From: Verrucomicrobiota bacterium
GTDB lineage: Bacteria > Verrucomicrobiota > Verrucomicrobiia > Verrucomicrobiales > Akkermansiaceae
Length of the DNA stretch: 64,000 nt
Direction: 5' to 3'
NCBI GenBank assembly: GCA_041170385.1
Contig: JBEAZA010000038.1
Location: 3,442 to 67,441, forward strand
The notes under the pieces are model-generated. The model saw nothing but the letters and a program-made list of their open reading frames with translations, was not told where the DNA came from and did not search any database. The position numbers were made by a program, and so were the translations under genes. Below are positions 56,818 to 64,000 of the stretch, piece by piece (positions within the stretch are counted from its first letter, which is position 1; every line of letters starts with the position of its first letter).

Positions 56818-57969
56818 ATGAACGAACCCTTCGAACAGGACGATGTTTTTGAAGAAATCCGCAGCAAATGTCCCGTTCTGAAATGCCGTTTCGGTGACGA
56901 GGAAATTCCGATGTTTCTGAATCATGCGGATGTGATGGCCGCCGCAAAGGATTGGCAGACATTCAGTTCGGATGCTCCATTCCGTGTCCCGGTTCCCTCC
57001 GAGGAGCATCTGCGCAGGGTCCGGCAATTGCCCATCGAAACGGATCCCCCGATCCATGCGGAGTATCGGGACCTTGTGGAGCCATTCTTTAAAAAACCGC
57101 GCGATCCGGAATTTGCGAGAACCATATCCGCCGTGATCTCCAATGCGCTCGCTGCGGTGATTTCCGCACCATGCGAGGTGGTGAGCGGTTTTGCGGTACC
57201 GGTGCAGAACCGTGCGCTTGCACATCTGTTGGGTTTGCCGCAAAGCGCGGCGGAGGAATGGATTTCATGGGGCACGCATGTGTTTCACGATGTGCTTGAG
57301 GGTGATTCCGACGGCAGTAGCTTGGATCAATACATCGAAAGGCAACTGGATCGGGCGCAATGCTCCGAAGGCGATGATTTCTTTTGTTCGCTCGCCAAAG
57401 CGGAATTCCAGGGCAGAGGACTGACTCGGGCGGAGATGGCCGGATTTGCAAATCTGGCTTTCGCAGGCGGTCGCGATACGGTCATACACACGATCTCCTC
57501 CGTGATCGCTTACCTTGCGCGGCATCCCGAGGCTCTGAGCTATCTCCAGTCCGATCCGAAGCGCGCGGTTCTTGCCACCGAGGAATTTTTCCGGGTCGTT
57601 TCTCCTTTGACCCACATCGGGCGGGTTTGTCCGGCCAAGACGCATGTGCACGGCCTGGAGATTCAGCCCGGAGAACGGGTTTCCTTGGGGTGGGCCGCAG
57701 CAAACCGCGATCCGCAAACGTTCACTTTCCCGCATGAAGTCCGGTTGGATCGCAAGCCCAATCCGCATGTGGCGTTTGGCGCGGGCAACCATTTTTGTCT
57801 TGGAGCCGCACACGCGCGCTTGCTGATTCGGGAGCTGCTGGTACGGCTGGCTCAAGGGGTTTCACACATTGAAATTCTCCATGCGGTTCCGAACTTTGAA
57901 TCCGCTTCAACCTACAAGCGCCAGATCGGTTATGAGCGACTGGAGGTGGTTTTCAGGCCGATTGCCTGA
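56818..57969 (+). CDS. Cytochrome P450
   Basis: DPPIH..YR, I-helix AGGRDT, EEFFR (ExxR), heme motif FGAGNHFCLG. Confidence 0.92.
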   Translation: MNEPFEQDDVFEEIRSKCPVLKCRFGDEEIPMFLNHADVMAAAKDWQTFSSDAPFRVPVPSEEHLRRVRQLPIETDPPIHAEYRDLVEPFFKKPRDPEFARTISAVISNALAAVISAPCEVVSGFAVPVQNRALAHLLGLPQSAAEEWISWGTHVFHDVLEGDSDGSSLDQYIERQLDRAQCSEGDDFFCSLAKAEFQGRGLTRAEMAGFANLAFAGGRDTVIHTISSVIAYLARHPEALSYLQSDPKRAVLATEEFFRVVSPLTHIGRVCPAKTHVHGLEIQPGERVSLGWAAANRDPQTFTFPHEVRLDRKPNPHVAFGAGNHFCLGAAHARLLIRELLVRLAQGVSHIEILHAVPNFESASTYKRQIGYERLEVVFRPIA

Positions 57970-57999
57970 AGCCCTTCCGGTTTTTCCTGCGGCGCTGTG

Positions 58000-58686
58000 T
58001 CATTCGCGCTCCTCATCGGATTTGTGCCGCAAATCTCTGGCTTGATCGAGAAAGAAGGAATCCTCGCCGATGTTGCAGGCAAGATCCCCGATCCGTTCCA
58101 AGGAACGGATGATCAGGATCAGCTGGAGATATTCCTGACTGCGGCCCTGGACTTCCTCAATGCGTGAGCTGAACTGTGCGGCGGCTTTTTTATGAAGCTT
58201 GTCGAGTTTTTTATCACGTGCATGCAATGACGCGCCGAGCGAAGCATTGAGGTCGCTGTAGGATGAAATGGCATCACGGAGCAGATGATCCGCAAGGGTA
58301 TAGATCGGCTCGATCAGATTCACATCCGGCAGTTCGGGCGATGCAATGATTTTCTCCGCTCGTTTGGCAATCCCGGCCGAATGATCGGCAATGCGTTCCA
58401 AGTGGGTGGAGATCTTCATGGAGGAGACGACAAAACGCAGATCTGATGCAACCGGTTGGTATCGGACAAGAATCTCCATTCCCATTCTGTCCACAACACA
58501 CTCGAGGCTGTTGATGTGCCGGTCTTCCGCGATCACCGCACGGGCAAGCTCGGGATTTCTATCGAACAACGCCTGAGCGGCGCGTTCGAGATTGCATCTG
58601 GTCAGTGCCGCCATTTTCAACACTTCGGATTTCAAAGAGGAAATCTGATGATTGAAATCGTGAGAGATATGGGAAACCGGATTCAT
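58000..58686 (-). CDS. phoU: Phosphate signalling complex protein PhoU
   Basis: D..IN.LE, YQPVASDLR, LERIADH, LERIGDLACNIGE. Confidence 0.92.
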   Translation of the reverse strand: MNPVSHISHDFNHQISSLKSEVLKMAALTRCNLERAAQALFDRNPELARAVIAEDRHINSLECVVDRMGMEILVRYQPVASDLRFVVSSMKISTHLERIADHSAGIAKRAEKIIASPELPDVNLIEPIYTLADHLLRDAISSYSDLNASLGASLHARDKKLDKLHKKAAAQFSSRIEEVQGRSQEYLQLILIIRSLERIGDLACNIGEDSFFLDQARDLRHKSDEERE

Positions 58687-58899
58687 GGAATATGGTGCAA
58701 CCTAGCCTATCTTCCATGGGTAAACCACAAAGATTTTTCCACAGGGATTCCGAACGCACATGCAGCGACTCGGAGGACTTGGTAATCCGGCACGTAAGCA
58801 CCGGTTCCGAGGAGGGTCGGCCTTCATGCATGAACCCCCATTTCATGCGAGCCCTCGGCCGCCCTTTGCGGGCAGCGCAGCAGGCGCATGAACGGCACG

Positions 58900-61215
58900 T
58901 CACGATGAGGAGGGCCGAAGATGAACGGGAAGTTCGGGCATGGAATGAACAGGTGCTTGTGGCAAGAACCAACGGCGGCGGTCGAGCTCCTGCCATTCGG
59001 GCAGGGCCTTGCAACGGCGCATCATTTCAAGATAGTAGCGGTTCGCTGCTTGCGGGTCGCGTGGGGCCAACCATCGGCCGGCCTCATGAAGGATGAACAG
59101 CGTGCGCGGATCGTTATCTGGCAGCAAGCATGCTGCCCGCCAGGCGATTTCCGCCGCATCGTAGCGGTAATGAAACCGGGCTTCATGCTCGGAGAGGTGT
59201 GGAGCGATGCGACGGATTTCCTCACGTGAAATGGCTGGAATGGCGAAATCCGACGGCTGCTTCGGCCCGTCAATCCGGTAATCATCTTCCCAACTCACGC
59301 TCCATCCCGTCACCCTCGATCGCAACGCCATGTAATCGGTTCCACCAAAGAGTCCGTCATATGAGGTCAAATCGGGCGCACCTTCATAACCGAACATTTC
59401 CATCCCGAGATGCCGGCGCAAGTGGGCCATATGCCAGAGGATCAGCGCTCTGTTTTCATTCGACATTGAGCGTTCGAGGGAGGCACGGTGCAGGCGCACA
59501 TAATGATCGAACAAAAGCTGCAAGGCACGCGGCATGAATTCCGCAGCTTCCCGGAAACGAAATTCACGAGCAAGGCGACGCGCAAGCAGGTAACGATAAC
59601 GATCCGAATCCCATCCGTGATCAGGCGATGCGATGCTGTCATCCTTCCGGATCGTGAACCGCTGCTCTCCCGAATCTGGCTCGGGACCGGGACGGTTCTT
59701 CTTCACCCATGCCACCAGTTCGTCGGTCGTAAGCACGCGTTCGGCGAGATAGGACGCGTCGCTGTCGTAAGATGCCTTTGCCAGGAAATCCATTGCCCGG
59801 ATGAATTCACCACGACCGATATGAACGATGGCACGGTCCGAGTGGAATTGGCCTTTCATCCAATCGCGGCGTTGGCCGGCATCATGCCAGAACGTATCCA
59901 TCAGGCTCGGAGGAGCGGGAAATTCATTCGCCTCAAAATCGTAAGCAGGGGCGGCCTTGGCAAAACATTTCGCCGCATCATCCATCTTGCCATCGCGCAG
60001 GGCGAGCTTTGCCTGCAGCCAGAGGACCTCACCGGCATCGGCGGGAGCGTGTGCAAGCCATCGGCGCGCGGCATGGAAATTTGCGCGGTCATAACAGATC
60101 CATGCGGCTTTGGCGGCGGCGCTTGAGGGTTTTCCCGACGCATCTTCTTCCAACAGATCAAGCCAAGCATCGCCAAGCGGATCTTCCCAAGCACTCGGAG
60201 AGTCCGGTTCGCTCGACATCATGAAATACAATGCGGTCACAATCTCACGCGCCAGCGGATCTTTTGCAGCGCGCTGCATGGCGGCAGGATCCGTGAGGAT
60301 GGGATCGATCTGTTTTCGCAAGCTGATCAGCATTTCCTCGTTGCCTAGGCATGTGGCTTCGAAATACCATTTCAGACGGATCACGGGATCGGTTTCCGTG
60401 ATGGCGATCCAGCCCATGGCCAGCGCGGCAAGGCCGAGTGAATCGAGGCATCCGTTTTCTGCCAGCGAGATCGCCTGATGATAAAACGGAACCGCCGATT
60501 CGGCATCGGGTGAGGTCTTGGCCAGCATCCATGCCGCCCAAACGGCGCGGTTTTTGCGATCGTTCTCCGGAAGGTTCAGGATCTCCCGCCATTGCCGGCG
60601 CGCGCTTTCCAGATCACCTCCGCGCCATGCCTGAGCGGCTTTCCAATACGCGGCAATGTCCGCCGGAACCTCGGGAAATACCGGCGGCAGAGAGACCTGC
60701 ACCTTCCCCGGAACGGGCATGTCCCATGCGCCGTCAAGAGAGACGCAGGGCAGGCTTTTGCGCCATTGGGAGAAAGCTGAAACAATCCCGGCGACACATG
60801 CGGTGCCGACCTTTTGTTCTAACAGAATTACGGCGAGTTCGACCGCTTCGCTTCGTATGGCGCCCTCCTCGGGAAAAACGGCCAGTGCCACCTCTTCGGG
60901 CATTCCGGCGGCGATGACTGGCTTCAGGGCTTTCCTGAATGCGTAGAGCTTGTCCTCATCATAGGACATCTGCCCGTCGCAAGCGGGATCGTTTTTCGAG
61001 CGCTGGATCATTGCCTCTGCTGCGGGACGATAGGTCAGCCCGCGGCCGGCGGCACGATCGATGGAGACGATTTCATCCAAGGTGCAGGTTCCTCTCACAC
61101 GCAAAGCCGCCTGCGGCAGATCAAGAACGCTGTCGGGGAAAAACGGACCGCAGGCAGTTGCCATGAGGATGCCGAGAAGAAATGTTAGAATACTGCGATG
61201 GATGAGGGCATTCAT
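58900..61215 (-). CDS. Large exported TPR-like helical protein (DUF3142 partner)
   Basis: Signal peptide ending ATA|CGPFFP, helical repeats, C-terminal RFHYRY.AA..A..AA.LLP...AGRWL..RDP. Confidence 0.75.
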   Translation of the reverse strand: MNALIHRSILTFLLGILMATACGPFFPDSVLDLPQAALRVRGTCTLDEIVSIDRAAGRGLTYRPAAEAMIQRSKNDPACDGQMSYDEDKLYAFRKALKPVIAAGMPEEVALAVFPEEGAIRSEAVELAVILLEQKVGTACVAGIVSAFSQWRKSLPCVSLDGAWDMPVPGKVQVSLPPVFPEVPADIAAYWKAAQAWRGGDLESARRQWREILNLPENDRKNRAVWAAWMLAKTSPDAESAVPFYHQAISLAENGCLDSLGLAALAMGWIAITETDPVIRLKWYFEATCLGNEEMLISLRKQIDPILTDPAAMQRAAKDPLAREIVTALYFMMSSEPDSPSAWEDPLGDAWLDLLEEDASGKPSSAAAKAAWICYDRANFHAARRWLAHAPADAGEVLWLQAKLALRDGKMDDAAKCFAKAAPAYDFEANEFPAPPSLMDTFWHDAGQRRDWMKGQFHSDRAIVHIGRGEFIRAMDFLAKASYDSDASYLAERVLTTDELVAWVKKNRPGPEPDSGEQRFTIRKDDSIASPDHGWDSDRYRYLLARRLAREFRFREAAEFMPRALQLLFDHYVRLHRASLERSMSNENRALILWHMAHLRRHLGMEMFGYEGAPDLTSYDGLFGGTDYMALRSRVTGWSVSWEDDYRIDGPKQPSDFAIPAISREEIRRIAPHLSEHEARFHYRYDAAEIAWRAACLLPDNDPRTLFILHEAGRWLAPRDPQAANRYYLEMMRRCKALPEWQELDRRRWFLPQAPVHSMPELPVHLRPSSS

Positions 61216-62438
61216 GGTTGTTTTCCAAAAGTTGGTTTTGGAAAGGCGGAGGGATCACTGGTTCTGAGCCAACCCATGGAGAAAGATTTGCCCGGAGCCA
61301 ACCATGGCCACGGAGCTTTTTCGAGACGCAGTTGGTCTCGGATGCCGGGAGCATAGCCATTCAGCCCCTCCAATACAAGCGCCTCGCAACCCGTATCGAT
61401 GATTTCGGGAAGCCGCTCATCACGCTCGCCTCGGTTGGCGAGTATGATGTCCCAAGCGCCTGATTCGGACCGCTTCACCTCGATTCGTAGGTCAGGCGTG
61501 GGCATTTCACCTGAGGCCACACGTTGCCAGGTCGTCCATTTCCAATTTCTTCGGTCTGTTTCAATCGGAAGTCGGTACCAAACGATTCCTCGCATGCCCG
61601 ATGGAGGATTCTGTTTCCATTCACTGACCAGGGTTGCAAGTTGTACGGCATCGCTGATGCCCATCGAGCGACGTGTGGCAGCCGCCGGAGTCGGGCTCTC
61701 CACGTCCTCGGAAATGACATCGATCACACGGTTATTCCGATCGAACCAGACTTCACAGCCATAGGTATTCAGCGCGATGTGATAGGGAATACCGAGTTCG
61801 GACATCTTACGGGCGGTGTCGCGTGCCGCGACCGGATCACACAGGATGACCGGCATCTCGGGTTTTGCCGGAAGCTTGAGCGAGTGGAGCTGCATCACGA
61901 TGCCGTCGGCCGTGGTGAACAGCTGCTTCGCGTCCGGCGTGTCCATCCATGAAGGCAGCGCGGTTATACTCCAGGTTTTTCCGGGGTGCGCTTTTTTGAT
62001 GGCGTTCAGCAACCTCAGGTAATTGCCCAAGGAGCGTTGCGGACTGTCGTAGTCAATCTGGAAATCCGTCACAGGTTTGGCGGCAGCCCATGCGATTTCT
62101 TCCATTACTTTGTCCAAAATCTCGCCCGAATGCCATGTTTCACCGGAAAGCGAAGAGCCAATGCGGATCACCAGACCGTTCCCTCTGAGCAGTTCGTCCG
62201 GGAGCTTGGTGCGACTGGCGTGCCATACGCCGTTGATCCGTCCGATTTCAACGGCAAGAAAATGGCGGCGTGACGCCAAACCCTGTGAACGTTCAAGGGC
62301 GCTGCGGAGAGCGGGTGAGGCCTCGCGTTGCCAGACATAGACTTCCGTGCTGAGCGGGCGTGGCGGCTGAGTGATAAACCCGGCAACCATCAGGAAACAA
62401 GCCAGAATGAAGCCAAAAGCAAGGGTTACGGGCTTCAT
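61212..62438 (-). CDS. DUF3142-family protein (GH18-like barrel) with N-terminal anchor
   Basis: YVWQR, FQIDYD, SITALPSW, VMQLH, GIVWYRLP..D..NW. Confidence 0.8.
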   Translation of the reverse strand: MKPVTLAFGFILACFLMVAGFITQPPRPLSTEVYVWQREASPALRSALERSQGLASRRHFLAVEIGRINGVWHASRTKLPDELLRGNGLVIRIGSSLSGETWHSGEILDKVMEEIAWAAAKPVTDFQIDYDSPQRSLGNYLRLLNAIKKAHPGKTWSITALPSWMDTPDAKQLFTTADGIVMQLHSLKLPAKPEMPVILCDPVAARDTARKMSELGIPYHIALNTYGCEVWFDRNNRVIDVISEDVESPTPAAATRRSMGISDAVQLATLVSEWKQNPPSGMRGIVWYRLPIETDRRNWKWTTWQRVASGEMPTPDLRIEVKRSESGAWDIILANRGERDERLPEIIDTGCEALVLEGLNGYAPGIRDQLRLEKAPWPWLAPGKSFSMGWLRTSDPSAFPKPTFGKQP

Positions 62439-62453
62439 TGGATTTTCACGGAC

Positions 62454-64000
62454 TCATGCGTGATATTCCTGCAAGCACTTTACCGTGAGCTCGCGTTCCT
62501 TGAGGGAACGGATGGCTTTCACGGCAGCTTCCGCAGCGGCCATGTTGGTGGCGTAGGAGATTTTCTGCGCGATCGCAGTGGATCGGATCAGAATTTCATC
62601 GGCGCGGGATTCATGGGTGGCCGGTGTGTTGATCAGAAAATGGATTTCATTGTTCTTCATCATATCGATGACATTCGGACGCGCTTCTTCCAGAACCTTG
62701 TAGACCCGGTCGGCCGGAATGCCCGCTTCTGCGAGTTTGGCGAGGGTCCCGCCGGTAGAAACAATCCTGAATCCGAGCTCATGCAACCCACGAGCGACGT
62801 CGATGGCACGCTCTTTGTCGCGATCTGCAACGGAGAAGAACACCGTGCCTTGTTTCGGCAAGGGGTTGAACGCGGAAATTTGGGATTTGGCATAGGCCAT
62901 GCCCCAATCGGAATCGATTCCCATGACTTCGCCTGTCGATTTCATCTCCGGACCAAGAACGATATCGATGCCGGGAAACCGGTTCCATGGGAAGACAGCT
63001 TCCTTCACAGAAAAATGCGGCGGGATGATGGTTTCGGTGTATCCCATGTCCTTGAGTTTTTCACCAACCATGATTTTGGCAGCGAGCTTGGCGAGGGAAA
63101 CGCCAGTGGCCTTGGAGACGAAAGGCACGGTGCGGGAAGCACGTGGGTTGACCTCGATGACGTAGAGCTCGTCATCCTTCACCGCGAATTGGATGTTCAT
63201 CAGACCGCGGACTTCGAGCTCACGCGCGAGATCTTTCGCCGCTTTTTCAATCTGGGTCTTGATGTTGTCCGAAATCGAGAAAGCTGGAATCACACAAGCG
63301 GAATCGCCCGAATGGATTCCAGCTTGTTCGATGTGCTGCATGATCGCACCGACTACCGAGGTTTCACCATCACTGATGCAATCCACATCGATTTCCGTCG
63401 CATTGTCGAGGAAACGGTCGACCAGCACCGGGCGTTCTGGCGATGCGGTAACCGCCTCGCGCATGTAGGTGGAAAGCTCCTTGTCGCTGTAGACGATCAT
63501 CATCGCTCGTCCGCCAAGAACGAATGATGGCCTGACCAAAACCGGGTAGCCGATGCGGTTGGCAACCGCAATCGCCTCGGCCTCGTTGGTGGCGGTTCCG
63601 GCTTCGGCCTGTTTCAATCCGAGTTTGTCCAGCAACGCGGAGAAGAACTTGCGGTCTTCGGCCTGTTCGATGGATTTCGGCGAAGTGCCGATGATGGGCA
63701 CCCCGTGTCGCTCGAGGTCAGCGGCGAGGTTAAGCGGCGTTTGACCGCCGAATTGGACAATGACGCCGTAAGGTTTTTCCTGGTCACAGATATTGAGTAC
63801 ATCCTCAAGAGTGAGAGGCTCGAAAAACAGCTTGTCCGAGGTGTCGTAATCCGTTGAGACCGTCTCGGGATTGGAGTTGACCATGATCGTTTCATAGCCG
63901 AGCTCCTTGAGCGCGAAAGCGGCATGGACGCAGCAATAATCGAACTCGATGCCCTGGCCAATCCGGTTAGGCCCGCCTCCCAGAATGATGATTTTCTTTT
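62454..64000 (-). CDS. carB: Carbamoyl-phosphate synthase large subunit (3' part; 5' end outside the window)
   Basis: GGGPNRIGQGIEFDY, NPETVSTDYD, RPSFVLGGRAM, EVNPRASRT, GPEMKSTGEVMG, MGS domain. Confidence 0.97.
   Translation of the reverse strand, partial: KKIIILGGGPNRIGQGIEFDYCCVHAAFALKELGYETIMVNSNPETVSTDYDTSDKLFFEPLTLEDVLNICDQEKPYGVIVQFGGQTPLNLAADLERHGVPIIGTSPKSIEQAEDRKFFSALLDKLGLKQAEAGTATNEAEAIAVANRIGYPVLVRPSFVLGGRAMMIVYSDKELSTYMREAVTASPERPVLVDRFLDNATEIDVDCISDGETSVVGAIMQHIEQAGIHSGDSACVIPAFSISDNIKTQIEKAAKDLARELEVRGLMNIQFAVKDDELYVIEVNPRASRTVPFVSKATGVSLAKLAAKIMVGEKLKDMGYTETIIPPHFSVKEAVFPWNRFPGIDIVLGPEMKSTGEVMGIDSDWGMAYAKSQISAFNPLPKQGTVFFSVADRDKERAIDVARGLHELGFRIVSTGGTLAKLAEAGIPADRVYKVLEEARPNVIDMMKNNEIHFLINTPATHESRADEILIRSTAIAQKISYATNMAAAEAAVKAIRSLKERELTVKCLQEYHA

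Noticed and set aside
58823-58834. 12-bp palindrome TTCATGCATGAA, with a near copy at 38519-38528, as a shared operator
   Set aside because: Around 15 perfect 12-bp palindromes are expected by chance in 64 kb (4^-6 per position), and the flanks are not similar.
1-64000. CRISPR array, tRNA/rRNA genes, IS elements, prophage
   Set aside because: By eye I found no regularly spaced direct repeats, tRNA cloverleaf/T-loop with acceptor stem, transposase/integrase motifs or phage structural genes.

Overview
This window is a gene-dense, GC-rich chromosomal segment. Its gene content (Verru_Chthon-type pseudopilin cassette, PVC-type CxxCH heme protein, short helical-repeat proteins) points to a Verrucomicrobiota bacterium; this is an inference. 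It mixes housekeeping genes (secA, tatD, polyprenyl synthase, mazG, ispH, metG, ileS, yidD, phoU, 3' part of carB) with scattered secreted carbohydrate/ester enzymes (sulfatase, SGNH, GH78, SASA esterase, GH128, DUF1080). I see no rRNA, tRNA, CRISPR array, transposase or prophage. The best candidates for undescribed biology are: (1) a sodium:solute-symporter-like membrane protein fused to an enediyne-type hot-dog thioesterase (43629-45515); (2) a coupled two-gene envelope module of a DUF3142 GH18-like barrel lacking the catalytic Glu plus a large TPR-like protein (58900-62438); (3) a TerB-like/degenerate-FHA/ABCG-type fused transporter (25188-28781); (4) a secreted coiled-coil + transglutaminase-like + CBM-like protein (18484-20586); (5) an HIJK-like pseudopilin cassette with a fifth coupled gene and a possible 1-nt indel in its first leader; and (6) a densely base-pairing, possibly pseudoknotted ~190-nt element between metG and ileS. 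All family assignments come from motifs read by eye; no database search was run.
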